A stretch of DNA of 62,672 nucleotides, filler included. It is 8 parts of 8 records of this genome, joined end to end, with 100 filler letters (N's around TTAATTAATTAA, not from the genome) between each part and the next. Parts side by side here need not be neighbours in the genome. Positions count along the whole stretch, not along the records: positions 9,317 to 20,654 come from SRR31147125_6706; positions 20,755 to 29,094 come from SRR31147125_6735; 6 more parts are not named here. The stretch is one strand, 5' to 3'. Positions 9,349 through 21,779 of this stretch are shown here, one piece after another. A program made the translations under genes and the position numbers. Under the pieces are notes generated by a model that made no database searches, had not been told where the DNA came from, and saw only the letters and a program-made list of their open reading frames with translations. How positions within the stretch are numbered: position 1 is the stretch's first letter; the number at the start of each line of letters is the position of its first letter.

Positions 9349-10458
9349 CTAATGTTTTGTATTCTCAATTATTTGGAAAATTTTCTGTCGAAAAACTGCT
9401 AACTCATAGCTCGACAAAAATCTATCACGAGAATTTCGCCCCATTCTTTCCAAATCTTGCTTATTCTTTAATGCCAGAATATAATTGGCAATTTCCTCGG
9501 GAGAGTTTTTTTCTAGCAAAAAGCCAGTTTCCTCAGGAATAATCACACTCGCAATCGCTCCATTTCGAGTTGATATCTGAGGAATTCCAAATTCCATGGC
9601 CTCAATAATAACACGTGGAAGAGCTTCAAATTTGTATTCAGTCGGAAATACTAAAATATCAGATTGGGCTAACAAATTATGTTTCTGACTTTTATTTACA
9701 TACCCAACATATTCAACGATCCCTGAAAGTTTGTATTGAGCTAAAAACTGGTTGAACTCTTCCTTTTCAATACTTGAAGGCCAGCTACCTGCAAATGTTA
9801 TCATAAATTCAACTTTCATCTCTTTTAATATAACAGCTGCTTCTAAAGCTTTCAACCAACCTTTTTCCTTCATCATATTTGAAAGAAATACAAGACGAAG
9901 ATGGCTTGTATTATTTCGACTCCTTTCAATTTCATTAAACTCTTTATCTGATAATGTCTTTATAATTGCATTAGGCAAAATAAAAATGTCCTCTTTTTGA
10001 AAATATGCAACAATATCCTTTACTAATTCTTTTCCTAACACAATAACCTTGGTGTTTTTGAAAGACATCTTAAGAATATAGTTTTTAATTTTATTGTTCC
10101 GATCTTTTTCTGTTATTTGGGTACGCAAATGATAAATAATATTTTGCCCAAATATTTTCAGTAGTGCTGAAAACATAAAATCTCGGATAAATGCAAATCC
10201 AGATGTTGAGGGCATGATATAAACCAGATCAGGCTTAAATCTAATCAAGATTGAAAAGATTTTTCCAAATACTATTAAAAATCCATAAAGCTTTTTTAAC
10301 GAAAAATGACCTACATCATCAAATTTTTCTGAATAATTCAGCTTTATGTTTTTTATGTCATATTTAACACTGGACTGTAAAACTTCAAGGCAAAATTGGC
10401 TTGACAAAGCACTGCCATAAGTTGGGGGAGGTAAGGGTGACAGAAACAATATTCTCAT
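9349..10458 (-). CDS. Glycosyltransferase family 4 (GT-B)
   Basis: SDILVFPT..EALPRVIIEAMEFGIP (EX7E motif) and ETGFLL. Confidence 0.9.
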   Translation of the reverse strand: MRILFLSPLPPPTYGSALSSQFCLEVLQSSVKYDIKNIKLNYSEKFDDVGHFSLKKLYGFLIVFGKIFSILIRFKPDLVYIMPSTSGFAFIRDFMFSALLKIFGQNIIYHLRTQITEKDRNNKIKNYILKMSFKNTKVIVLGKELVKDIVAYFQKEDIFILPNAIIKTLSDKEFNEIERSRNNTSHLRLVFLSNMMKEKGWLKALEAAVILKEMKVEFMITFAGSWPSSIEKEEFNQFLAQYKLSGIVEYVGYVNKSQKHNLLAQSDILVFPTEYKFEALPRVIIEAMEFGIPQISTRNGAIASVIIPEETGFLLEKNSPEEIANYILALKNKQDLERMGRNSRDRFLSSYELAVFRQKIFQIIENTKH

Positions 10459-10527
10459 TCTAATTATATTTGTTTTATAATTGATCGTATTAAATAGTAG
10501 TAATAAAATTACTTAATTAAGTATCTA

Positions 10528-11440
10528 TTACTTTCTCAAAGTAAATATTCTAGCAACTAAATTCGAAAACTTCTTTTTCAAAATATTATAAAATTGATGT
10601 GTTTCATATCTTCTATTTGTCAACACGTATTTTGGCTCTTCTTTCACTGAGTATTCCTCAAAGCTTTTCAACCTTTGGAGTTTTGTAATTCCAAAAAAGT
10701 GAGTGCCTTCATATCCAATATTTTCAACTAAATTTTTAGAAGGTATTATTGCTAAACCACGGTTCAGATACATTTGAAGTAAAAACTGATAATCCCAAGC
10801 ATGTGACAATAAATCCGTTTCTTGCATTAAACGTTTGTATTTTATATTGCGTAATACACCTTCCTTTTTACTGAAAAAAACATTCTCAAATCCACCTTCA
10901 ATATAAAATCTTTGCCAATAATTTTTTAAATCAGCATCAAATTTATCCCAACAGCGCTTCCAAGTTGCCCAGCCCCAAGTAGTCACATAATTACTAAAAA
11001 GGTAATCCTTACCCTCAAAATATTTGCTCTTTGCATAATGTGATCGACCGCTTATTATCCATACTTGAGTATTATATTGATATTTATTTAATAAATATTC
11101 ACAATAAGGAAAAAGATAACGATGGCACACAATCATCTTCAAGAATAATCCCCATTTCTTCATGCTCAAAAAACCATGTAATAGCTTCAGAAGGTCCCCT
11201 TCCACAACCAACATTTTCATCTCTAAAAAAAGTTTCCACTTTACAATTCCAATCAATACTTCTTATAACAAAGTCTCTTATTTGTTTTACGTTCTCGATT
11301 TCATTTGGAATCTTTTTTCTGGCTCCATCTGATGCAACATATAGTTTATCTGGTCGATATTGCTTTATAGCCTCAAAAACTTTCTTGGTCGTATCTAAAC
11401 GATTAAATACGATAAATAATATTGGTACTTTATAACTCAT
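10528..11440 (-). CDS. Nucleotide-diphospho-sugar transferase (GT-A); split by a frameshift near 11112
   Basis: ORF 11099-11440 (PILFIVFNRLDTT, KLYVASDG, GIILEDDC) joins ORF 10528-11256 (WGWATWKRCW, WDYQ, NLVENIG) at a short homopolymer. Confidence 0.8.
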
Positions 11441-11505
11441 GATTTACAATATTAATTCTTTCCTTAAAAATGCATGAATCTAATACAGAGACTCAAAAAT
11501 TGTTT

Positions 11506-12594
11506 TTAATTTCTTGAGATTTTTGACATGATAGAGGGTAAAGGATCTGACAATATTAATCGAAAATTAGTATCCGATAATTTATATGGTGAGCCCCCAA
11601 ACATTATTTGCTTTAAAACACTTTTATTCAAAGCAATATATTTTGCATTTTGATAACTCTCGGGAAATACATCAAAATTGCGAGATAATGACTTCTTTAT
11701 TAATAAGTCAGGAAAATTAACCCCTCCATGAAAAGATGCAAGAATTGTGCCCCAAGGACGAGGATTAACTTCTAATATATATATATTTCTATTCTCTTTA
11801 TCGTACAATAGATCAACATTAGCGAGGCCATTCCATTGAAGTTTTTCAAAAATAGGTTTAACAATCTTTAAAAAAACATCATCCTTTTTCAGTTCTACAC
11901 ACTCACAATAACCAAAATTTTCCCGAGGTGGTGATATTCCCTGTTGAATCGTATGAATGAGAATATTCCCATTTTCACATAATACATTCACACACATTAA
12001 GACTCCATCCACATATTCTTGAATTATATATTTGTTTTGAATCGTAGCAAAGTTCTTAGTTATGTATTGAACGCACTCATCTATCTTGTCAAATGACAAA
12101 ATACCTCTTCCTGCAAAACTTTCAGTAGGCTTGAGGAGCACAGGGAAGGTAATTTCCCGAAGCCGCTCAACAACTCCCATTTCACAAACGGACAGCGTCC
12201 TTGGAACACAAATATTGTTTCTCACACAAAAGCTAGCAAAATATCCTTTATTAATGGCAATGCTATAGCTGTTCTTGTCTGGCATTAAAACCACACAAGA
12301 TTTTTCTTGAAGAATTTCAAGGTTCTCTAAAATAAATTGGTGTGCAAAATCATGAACTGGAAAAATAATGTCAATATTAACCTCTTCAATAATCTCACAG
12401 ATCTTAGTCAATCTGTTAACTGTTAATCCAGAATCATCTGTTAAATAGTATTTTTTACAAAACCGAGAATATTTCATATAGTTATTGCTATCATTTGATA
12501 GTAGATATATTTGATACTCCGGATTAGATGACAGACACATTACAACACTTCGTGTAAGTGCCTCCTCTGCATCAGTAATTAAAATCTTTATCAT
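11506..12594 (-). CDS. ATP-grasp domain protein
   Basis: NK..FASF, FPVLLKP..SFAGRGI, IIQEYVDG, ILEVNPRPWG. Likely start is ATG at 12594. Confidence 0.8.
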   Translation of the reverse strand: MIKILITDAEEALTRSVVMCLSSNPEYQIYLLSNDSNNYMKYSRFCKKYYLTDDSGLTVNRLTKICEIIEEVNIDIIFPVHDFAHQFILENLEILQEKSCVVLMPDKNSYSIAINKGYFASFCVRNNICVPRTLSVCEMGVVERLREITFPVLLKPTESFAGRGILSFDKIDECVQYITKNFATIQNKYIIQEYVDGVLMCVNVLCENGNILIHTIQQGISPPRENFGYCECVELKKDDVFLKIVKPIFEKLQWNGLANVDLLYDKENRNIYILEVNPRPWGTILASFHGGVNFPDLLIKKSLSRNFDVFPESYQNAKYIALNKSVLKQIMFGGSPYKLSDTNFRLILSDPLPSIMSKISRN

Positions 12595-12689
12595 TAAAAT
12601 TACTTTTTGTTTTGAAAAATAACAATATAAGAGTTCAATTTTCAAGAAAACGATACAAATAGTAATCGTATTGTATAAAATCTGATTGA

Positions 12690-13549
12690 CTATTTATCCT
12701 TACGGATTATTCTTTTTTGATTGCCAATAAAGAAACTCAAATTTAGAAATCGATCATTTATAAAAGACAAAATAACATCCAAATATTCTTTAATTTTTGA
12801 CTTCTCACTTTCCTCCGAATCATCAATTAACAAAATTGGGTACGATTTTATTCTCAGTTTATTGTGAAAGCAGAATACATTTAACAATCGTTCTGCCATG
12901 AATCCATAAACTCTCTGTTGGTATGGGTGAGGGGACATTTTTATTCTTTTCTCAACCTCAAACAATACGGGGAATAGCCATTCGCAATATTTATCAAATA
13001 TTTCCTTCTTACATATTAACATATTGTATGGACTGTATTTATTCCTACCATATAGGAAATTCATCCAGGTTGAGATATAATCAGGATGTTTAATTTTAAG
13101 AATATCTGTAATTATATCTAAATCTTCTTTTACATGGCATGACGAATAATAAACATACATTGAATGGGGTATAACATAAGGTTTTGTCATAATAATATCA
13201 TGTTTTTTAAGCAACTTAGAAATCCTGTCTAATTTTGGCAAATAATCATCTAACTCATTTTGCTTTATAGTTTTTACTTTCTTAGAAAAAGCATATGAAC
13301 TCAAATTAAAATAACGCCTGTAATGAAATAAACCAATAATATCTGCATCTAAATTTTTCCAAGCCCAATAGTAGGCAGTCAATTCACAATAATTTGGGTT
13401 TTTCTCTGAAATATGATCACCGTCATCATCTCCCTGAATATCTAATTTAATTTCAGCATCTTTTTTCCAACCTGAATTGGAAGAAACATTTCACCTTTAG
13501 GAAAGACCCAGTTTTTATGTGACGCAATTAGAAATTTAATATCAGTCAT
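12690..13549 (-). CDS. DUF4422-family putative galactofuranosyltransferase; frameshift near 13463
   Basis: MTDIKFLIASHK...PIQVG from ATG 13549 joins DDDGDHISEKNPNYCELTAYYWAWKN, GLFHYRRYF and RVYGFMAERL. Adjacent to glf. Confidence 0.8.
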
Positions 13550-13552
13550 AAT

Positions 13553-14657
13553 TTAGATATTTTTAGTTATTGAAAGTGCATTTGCAATTACCTGATGCAT
13601 ATCATAGTATTTATATTCTGCTAACCTTCCTCCAAAAACAACATCTGGTTCTTTCTTTGCCAATTCCTTATAATTAGCTAAAATCAATTGATTTGCGTCG
13701 TCATTGATCGGATAATAGGATTCATTATCTTTCGAAAACTCATGCGGATATTCGCGAGTTATATATGTCTGATCTTGTGTTCCATACTCAAAATGTTTAT
13801 GCTCAATGATACGTGTATAAGGGACTTTTGATTCGGTATAATTTATAACTGCATTGCCCTGAAAATTAGACTTATTTATTAGCTCATTTTCAAAATGCAA
13901 ACTTCGGTATTCCAGTTTCCCCAATTTATAATTAAAAAACTCATCTATTTTCCCTGTATAAACTATCTTTTTAGCTTGCTGATTAAGCTCATCTCTGTAA
14001 TTGAAATAATTAATCCCAGTTCTAACTTCAATACCATCAAGTAGCTTTTCTACAAGTTTAGTATATCCACCAATAGGGATTCCCTGATAAATATCATTAA
14101 AGTAGTTATTATCAAAAGTAAACCGAAAAGGGAGTCGCCTTATAATAAATGCTGGTATTCTGGTGGCAGGTCTCCCCCACTGTTTTTCCGTATACCCCTT
14201 AATTAATTTTTCATAAATATCTTTCCCGCCTAGAACAAGCGCTTGTTCTTCCAAGTTTTTGGGTTCTTTTATGTGGATATACTCAGCGCGTTGTTCTTCA
14301 ATTTTCACCTTTGCTTCGTCGGGCGTTTTCACCCCATAATTGATAGTAAGTATTCATATTAAATGGCAAATTGTAAAGTTTACCTTTATAATTTGCGAGA
14401 GGAGAATTGGAAAATTGATTGAATTCAATAAATGAGTTGACATAGTCCCACACCTCTTTATTGCTAGTATGAAAGATATGAGCACCATATTTATGTACAT
14501 TAATTCCTTCAATATTCTCGGTGTAAATATTTCCAGCTATATGCGACCTTTTATCAATAACCAAACATTTCTTCCCTTTCTTAGTAGCCTCATTTGCGAA
14601 CACAGAACCAAAAAGTCCAGCGCCAACTATAAAATAATCATATTTTTTCATATCCAT
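13553..14657 (-). CDS. glf: UDP-galactopyranose mutase; frameshift near 14333
   Basis: IVGAGLFG, HKYGAHIFHT, GYTEKQWG, YFNDIYQGIP and GRLAEYKYYDMHQ across two overlapping ORFs. Confidence 0.93.
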
Positions 14658-14712
14658 AAATTACTAGCGTTATTAATAAGGCGAACTTAGGACAGATTAA
14701 ATCTTTTCTTTA

Positions 14713-15945
14713 TCATGGCACACTCCATTTTTCATTATTCACAGGAGATGCGAATTTTGTATCAATCATTTCTTTAACTGAGTCTATATCAACAAACACG
14801 TTACTGTTCTGACCTTCCTTCCAGTTATTGACATCCCCAACATTCTGTCCAATTAAATAATGATAATCCAGATTCTTTTTAATTGCAATATCATAATATA
14901 AAGTAAAATCAACAAGCTTATCTCCAAACAATTCCAACACCACCGTTTTCTCTTTGCAAAAAAAGAGATTGGTCAAACCTGCACCCCATAATGATATTAT
15001 CAAATCTGCATAAGCAAAAAGATCAATCTTTTCCTGAAACGAAAGATGACTCAGAACAATTGTTTCGATATTATATTTGGCAAGAAAAATGCTTAACTCA
15101 TCTTCATTAACAATATTTCTATAAGAAGAATCTTTACGACTAATAAAATACCTTTTTGATCTATACTTTGGAATATTCTTAGCAGGGAATTCATTCATAT
15201 AAAAATTAACAACCCATTGAGGAAGATGATAATAATTTCCTCTGGAATAACTGGAGGCGAGAATTACATCAGCTTTAATATGCGGAAATTTTTCACTTTC
15301 AATAATTTTCCCCTCTGGAATTCCCAAAGCCTTTAATGAATCAATTTGAAAATCGTTTTTAATAGAAGGCACATAAAACCAATCAACTTGATCAAAAAGT
15401 CCAGACTCCTTCAATAAGTGAATTCTTGACAACGAGTCGACCAACCAATGAGCATAATTAACATAAGTACCTCCTCCTCCAATCGTGTGAAATACCATCC
15501 CTTCAAAATAATGACACTTCGGGAAATACTTCCGCTTAAGAATTCGGCTTTCTTTAATTGTTTGATTATCGTTTTTAAGTAAATCTAATGAAACATCACC
15601 AATTAGTTTGTCTTCATTATCGAAAATAGCTACTGTCCAAAGGAAATCAGTAAGTAGTCTTCCATTTTTTACCTTCAAAAGGTATTTTGGAGGCTCAATA
15701 GTTGTTAATGGGTAGTCAATAAAACTTGAGGAATCTGCTAACATACTTTCAGTAAGCTTCATTTCAGATTTTCCCTCTGGATAAATTTCACAATAAACTT
15801 TAACGGATACTGAATGCGTTTTCACATAGTCATCAACCTTGACATATACACCTTTAGCCCTATACTCATAGTTTTTGTAAAAAAAATAATACAAGTACTT
15901 TTTAGCAAATACTGTACATTTCCATTTGAATGCTTTTAAATTCAT
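14713..15945 (-). CDS. Glycosyltransferase family 61 (DUF563-like)
   Basis: NYAHWLVDSLSRI, YFISRKD..YRNIVNE, LSFQEKIDLF..ADLII..GAGLTNLFF. Confidence 0.8.
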   Translation of the reverse strand: MNLKAFKWKCTVFAKKYLYYFFYKNYEYRAKGVYVKVDDYVKTHSVSVKVYCEIYPEGKSEMKLTESMLADSSSFIDYPLTTIEPPKYLLKVKNGRLLTDFLWTVAIFDNEDKLIGDVSLDLLKNDNQTIKESRILKRKYFPKCHYFEGMVFHTIGGGGTYVNYAHWLVDSLSRIHLLKESGLFDQVDWFYVPSIKNDFQIDSLKALGIPEGKIIESEKFPHIKADVILASSYSRGNYYHLPQWVVNFYMNEFPAKNIPKYRSKRYFISRKDSSYRNIVNEDELSIFLAKYNIETIVLSHLSFQEKIDLFAYADLIISLWGAGLTNLFFCKEKTVVLELFGDKLVDFTLYYDIAIKKNLDYHYLIGQNVGDVNNWKEGQNSNVFVDIDSVKEMIDTKFASPVNNEKWSVP

Positions 15946-16115
15946 GTAACAAACTTTATAATCAAGTTGAAAATATCAAAAAACGTCAACTTCCCAGAAT
16001 TCTTTTTGATGCAATCCAAACAATCACTGGCACCACTAATTTGACAATTGACGGTCAGTAGTATACAACTGAATCAAAAATTTATCGAATTCAGTTATAT
16101 GGAGCATAACCATGA

Positions 16116-16991
16116 TTAGAAACGCATTTTTCTAATCATATATTTATAAGCCTGATTTACAATACTCATAAAGGTTCTAAGCAAACCCTCTATTCTTAAA
16201 GAAAAAACAAGTGGGTTTTGAGGTCTCATATTTAATTTTTCTAATTCAGAACACGGATAATTGATAACATATTTTAAACTCGATTTCAAAAATGGAATCC
16301 CATGATGACTTGTTTTAAAAGGGATCACATTCATTTCAAGATCTGAAACGTGATTAAACTGGTCAATATCCCAATCACTTTTATTTGAATAAAAATATGC
16401 AATATGCGCCTTCGTACTTTTTATAAAATTCCTTAAACTATAATATTGATTAATTTCTGGGTTATTCCTTTCTCTGAATACTATTGGGTCAACATACTCA
16501 GTAGATCTCGATAGTAAATCATCCAAATGAAATTGACCATTAAATGTAAAAACAATTTCAGCATTTAAAAATGCTCCAAACAGAACTGCTGCGTACCCTC
16601 CTGCAGAACTCCCAACTGTGATTGTATTATAACCCTCTGTTTCTTTTTCCAAAAAACGTCTTAACTTCTCAATCGTGTCTATATCATTGTTAATCCCAGT
16701 TAAATACCATTGCTTTTTAATATCCCTGAGGAAGATGTGTTTCTTCCCATTCAATACTCGTGTCCCATACCATTCGAATCTATTCTTTTTTACCAGTTGA
16801 TTTTGAAAAGCATCATTAGAATTTGGATAATAAATATCATTACTACTAAAATATAAAATACAATATGAAGTTTCATTCGCAGAAACAGAGTCTACATGAT
16901 CAGAATATTCAATAAGATAATTCGGATAGGAATTATATACTTTATTTACTTCTTCTGAATCTGTCTGAAAAACAGGAATCAATGCTTCCAT
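16116..16991 (-). CDS. Hypothetical alpha/beta-hydrolase-fold protein
   Basis: Nucleophile-elbow motif TVGSSAGGYAA and a late His motif SHHG. Overlaps the end of the GT2 gene. Confidence 0.55.
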   Translation of the reverse strand: MEALIPVFQTDSEEVNKVYNSYPNYLIEYSDHVDSVSANETSYCILYFSSNDIYYPNSNDAFQNQLVKKNRFEWYGTRVLNGKKHIFLRDIKKQWYLTGINNDIDTIEKLRRFLEKETEGYNTITVGSSAGGYAAVLFGAFLNAEIVFTFNGQFHLDDLLSRSTEYVDPIVFRERNNPEINQYYSLRNFIKSTKAHIAYFYSNKSDWDIDQFNHVSDLEMNVIPFKTSHHGIPFLKSSLKYVINYPCSELEKLNMRPQNPLVFSLRIEGLLRTFMSIVNQAYKYMIRKMRF

Positions 16992-17815
16992 AGGCTTGGA
17001 AATATAAGTCGTAGATGAATTGTAACTAAATGTTTAATTGCATGAAAAATACCAAAGTGTCTTAATTCATATAGAAAAAAATATTTGGGTTGGGCATTTC
17101 CTAAGGGAGAATATAGAGACTTTATTCTGTTACTAAAAGACACTTCGGGAAGACACCATTTCGGAAAACTATCATGTTGCTCACAAATACCTGTAAATCT
17201 GGGAGTAATATAAGTTTTTATTCCATTTTTCTTAACTCGCATTGCATAATCAAAATCCCCTATTGCATGCTTGAATTTAACATCCAAATTACCAACCAGT
17301 TTAAAGACCGTTCTTGGAATTAGAACTATATTCCCATTGAATACACCCTCAAACTGCTGAGCCTTCCCATTTGGGATTAACAACTTCCCCTTGAGATTGC
17401 GCCCTCCATAGGTAACTTCAGAGTTTTTTCTTGAGCATGTAACTCCACAAATAACTGAATCTGGATTGATTTTCTCAACTTCTAATAAATCTACAAATAT
17501 GTTAGGAAGCAGTTTGACATCATCATTCAACCATAAATAGAAATCATACACCCCCCAATTTATTGCAGTTTCCCATGCCAAATGCATACCCCGTGTCCAA
17601 TACAAGTTCCCATCGCCTTCAATTACATTAATTTCAGGAAATTTAGTAGCCACTACCTCTCCTGTCCCATCTGTAGAACCATCATTTACCAGAAATACTT
17701 CTAAACTATAACCTTCAGGTAATGTTGCCTCAAATAATGAACTTAAACAAATGATTGTTGCTTCAAGTCGATTATGACATGCTAGAAGCACAGCTATACT
17801 TTTAATATCTTTCAT
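16979..17815 (-). CDS. Glycosyltransferase family 2
   Basis: VLLACHNR, VNDGSTDGT, LWLNDD, GDFDYAMR. Confidence 0.9.
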   Translation of the reverse strand: MKDIKSIAVLLACHNRLEATIICLSSLFEATLPEGYSLEVFLVNDGSTDGTGEVVATKFPEINVIEGDGNLYWTRGMHLAWETAINWGVYDFYLWLNDDVKLLPNIFVDLLEVEKINPDSVICGVTCSRKNSEVTYGGRNLKGKLLIPNGKAQQFEGVFNGNIVLIPRTVFKLVGNLDVKFKHAIGDFDYAMRVKKNGIKTYITPRFTGICEQHDSFPKWCLPEVSFSNRIKSLYSPLGNAQPKYFFLYELRHFGIFHAIKHLVTIHLRLIFPSLWKH

Positions 17816-17838
17816 CTAATAGAAATATTATAACTCCA

Positions 17839-19130
17839 TCATGTTGTATGATCTAGAATATATTTTTCATACGCAATTTTATATTTCTTTTCAAAAATCC
17901 CTCTTGCCCATAATTTAACCTCCTCATTATTCATTTTCCTAAATGATTCAGAGAAGCAGATTCCAATCATCATCCAAATAACAAAGCCATTTAGATTAAA
18001 AGAATTGGCATCTTCCACCCAGGCATACAGCCAACGAAATGCCACGAACAAACCAATCAGTTTCACGTAAAAGTTATTAGATTTATTTACAGCTAGCCAT
18101 GATGCTCTATAAAAAACCAAAAGAATAATACACCCCCAACAATACCAGTCCATGTAAATATGTTCAAAATATTTGCTTCATTTTGCAATCGTTCATTACG
18201 ACCTGTTAATGATCCACCATCCTTTGACATAAAGATTTTTGTATCATTCCCACGAGCAGGACTACGCCCAATTAACCAATAGTTATGTTTCTTCGCTGAA
18301 ATTAAAACTTCTTCATACAAGGCAGTGCGAGAATCCGAATTCAAACTTTGCTGATACCCATCATCATCTTTAGTGCTTGCCGGTTTATCAAATTTTTCTC
18401 CATTCAAATATTCATCCATTTTAAATACATTAAAAACACCTGAAATAGCCAACGCAAATAGAACATAAGGCAATATTAATAGTACCTTATGTGTCAAGTT
18501 CTGAATTTTAAATGATAAAGGGATATCTCTGAAATAATAAAAACCTAGCAATAATATAGGGACACAAAACTTCATTAAATGACTTCTAGCGCTAATATCT
18601 ACAAATGCTGCAAGCACTGCAATTAATAATACTATTATTTTCCATTGAAATTTAAGGCTCGGGACAAAGAGTACTATTAAACTTAATGGGAACAAATACC
18701 AACCCCATCCTTCTAGACGTAAAAAGGGAATAAAAACGACTAAAAAAGGGAGAGTATATTTTATATAGAATGACAATATTGATTGTACTAATTTCTTATT
18801 TGAGAAAGTGTATACCATTATAGGCATTAACAACCCCATACTCATACTTATTAACCCCTTATACTCCCAATAGTTATCTGCAATAAATACTCCTCTAAGG
18901 ATGCTAAAAACATTCCATAACAAATACCACTTAACAATACGAAAAACACGATTATTCTCAGACTCAAAAAACAGATAACGTGCTCTCCAAAAAAATAATA
19001 ATATTAACAAATCAAGAATCCAGTACATTGTGGTACTTCCTATTGGGGATGATGAATAACGTTGTACTGACATAATTGCTATTGGCAATATAGTTATTGG
19101 AATTACTTTAGATAGATATCCTTTGAACAT
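17839..19130 (-). CDS. Wzy-like polysaccharide polymerase (multi-TM); frameshift near 18120
   Basis: About ten hydrophobic segments, a periplasmic loop with DSRTALY..GRSPARG, and context in a GT cluster. Two overlapping ORFs. Confidence 0.65.
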
Positions 19131-19267
19131 ATTATTTATTGATTCATGAAAAGCTCAAAAACGTCTCGACTTATTACGACTAATAGGTTATTTGAAAATT
19201 AACATCCCCACAACTATATAAAATCGAGCTTGAGATCTGCGTTATTGATAAAATAATCTTTGTTCCA

Positions 19268-20516
19268 TTACCTACCAATTTCAGAATAAATTTTAAGAAG
19301 TTCTTCCGAATTTTTATATCTATCGTGACGCTTGCCTGCAGAGACCCTAGCTTTTTTAGAAATTTCTGTTGCAAATTTTTTGTCAGCGAATAACCTGCAA
19401 ATATTTGATGCTAACATTTCAACCTCCTCAAAACGATATAAAAGACCTGTTTCCCCATGGTCAACCAAATCAGAAGTCCCCCCTACATAAGAAGCAATAC
19501 ATGGCACTCCTAACAACTGTGCTTCTCCAATTGAATTGGAACTATTTTCGATGGAAGAAGGACTAATAAAAACATGAGATTTAAGATATCGCTTACACAT
19601 TTCATTTTCAGATAATAATCCAGTAAAAAATATATTACCTGAAAGATTATTTTGAGTTATCAATGAATTGATGTATTTCCCATATCCATGTAATCGAATT
19701 CCTCTACCTGAAAAGAAATTAAATCCAGCAACATACACTTTTGTTTCTGGGTAGTGCTTAAGAACTAAAGGCAATGACTTAACCAGTTGGTGAAATCCTT
19801 TTAATGGATACTGTGCCTGACTAATAAAAATGCTGAATTTTTCACATTTATTAATATCCCACTGATCGTTATAAAATCCTTGCCTCAGAGTTTCATTACA
19901 GAAATGATAATTAGCAGCAGAATTTAAAGCAAATACATGATCCTTGTCCCATGATGTACGACCGATTACATGCATAACTTTATTAATAAGCAATTTCTCA
20001 TATCTGCCACGTTCTCTCAAATATCTACGTTGAGCAAAAATAGTATCTCGCCTAAAAATATCTCTTAAAGTTGTAGCCCTAAATAAATCAATTTCGTTAA
20101 TACCTCCATAATAATATCGTTCAATAACACTAACTAAACCTTGAATAGAAACAACAACATTTTCTGCACCACATGCATTTACATAAGAATACGCATATTG
20201 ATTTTCTGTGCCATGAATATGGATTATATCAGGTTTAAATTTATTGTTCACCTCTTCCCAAATTAGCTTAACTTTATCAACAGATAAAAAATGTCTAGCT
20301 TTCTCTGGGATTATATAATGAGTCATCCCATTCTTCCCTAATTTCGGTTATATCATCAACCTTAGCGAAAGAAGCTACTCCAATGTTTAATGACTTACTT
20401 TGATTACATAAAGATTTTGCAGCAGAATAAACCCAGCCTGCTCCAACTGGAACTTTAAGATTTATCTCAGCAGAGGCATCTGGGAAAGGATTATTGGTAA
20501 TCCAAAGAACATTCAT
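19268..20516 (-). CDS. Glycosyltransferase family 4; frameshift near 20330
   Basis: MNVLWITN (20516) joins PDIIHIHGTE...ENSSNSIGEAQLLGVP. Confidence 0.85.
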
Positions 20517-20654
20517 ATTTTAATTATTATATAATTACCTAAGTTTATTTGAAATTATAAATAAATCGACATCCGATTTTAATAAAAAGACATAAATTAA
20601 ATCAGACTTAATCCCATATTTCTGAAATATTTTTAAATGAAGATCGAGTGATCT

Positions 20655-20754
20655 NNNNNNNNNNNNNNNNNNNNNNNNNNNNNNNNNNNNNNNNNNNNTT
20701 AATTAATTAANNNNNNNNNNNNNNNNNNNNNNNNNNNNNNNNNNNNNNNNNNNN
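20655..20754. other. Artificial contig spacer
   Basis: N44-TTAATTAATTAA-N44. Confidence 0.98.
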
Positions 20755-21375
20755 CATTCTTCTCTCATGTGTATGACATGGCATAGTGTTCCATACATTT
20801 CCAGGTGCCATCTCAGTTAATCCCATTGATAACTGACATGTATCCATTACGTCTGGGTGAATGTATTGGTTGATTACTCTTTTGTTTGATTTAGCATCTT
20901 CTCCCATTGGAACTTTTTTAGCTTTCTCAATGTCAATGTGTACATTTGGGTATGTAACATGTGCCGGCGCACTATGACAGTAGAATTTAGCTGGGTTAGC
21001 TGAGTCTAAGCTTTCGAATAAAACTTCTTTTGCTCCCATTCCTACATATAATCCATCTCTGGCTTTTAGGTCATAAACTGTCCCATCAACAGTTATTTTT
21101 CCTGCTCCCCCAATGTTGATTACTCCCAATTCTCTTCTTTCTAGGTATGAATCTGTTCCTAGAGTTTTCATTACTTCGATTCCTTTATCTAAAGCTATTG
21201 CTTCGTCTCCAGGACAAACACTAATTGTAATTATTCTATCAATGTGACTGTATACTTGCTTCATCTCTCCTAATGTAAATAGTTTAGGGATATGAAACTC
21301 CTCTCTCAATCTGTCTGTTGTATAATGTTTCGCGTCTTTTGAATTAGATGGTTCTCTAATCTCCATAACTGCCAT
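20755..21375 (-). CDS. kduI: 5-dehydro-4-deoxy-D-glucuronate isomerase (3'-truncated)
   Basis: YSHIDRII, YLERRELGVINIGG, WNTMPCHTHERRM. Confidence 0.95.
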
Positions 21376-21779
21376 AATATCACTCCTTATTTATAGTTTA
21401 TTTATATTAAATAGTTTATTTTCAATTTTATTAGTTTTCCAGTCTGGCTTACGTTTTTATGACTCCCCACAGACTAATTGAGCGGGTTAAATTAAACGGT
21501 TTTGCCACAAATTGGTTTAAGTTTAATTTATAAGTTAATTAATCCAAGGGATAAGGAATTAATTAACTAAATTTAGTCCATGGGGTATATCAGGAAGTGT
21601 TGTTGAAATCCAAGAGTTTATTTTAAGACACCATAAACTCTTTAATTACAAAATGTATCGATAACATACTCGAATACTTTCTTATATAAGTTATACTATT
21701 TTTATAAAAAATTTTTAATTAAATAACTTGTCCTTTTTTTGTTATTTTTGGACATTTTAGATTATAAGATTAATCAATA

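Noticed and set aside
10528..20516. Phase variation or pseudogenisation of the polysaccharide locus (five split genes)
   Set aside because: The breaks are in short runs, both halves are otherwise intact, and similar breaks hit unrelated genes on other contigs. Sequencing error is more likely.
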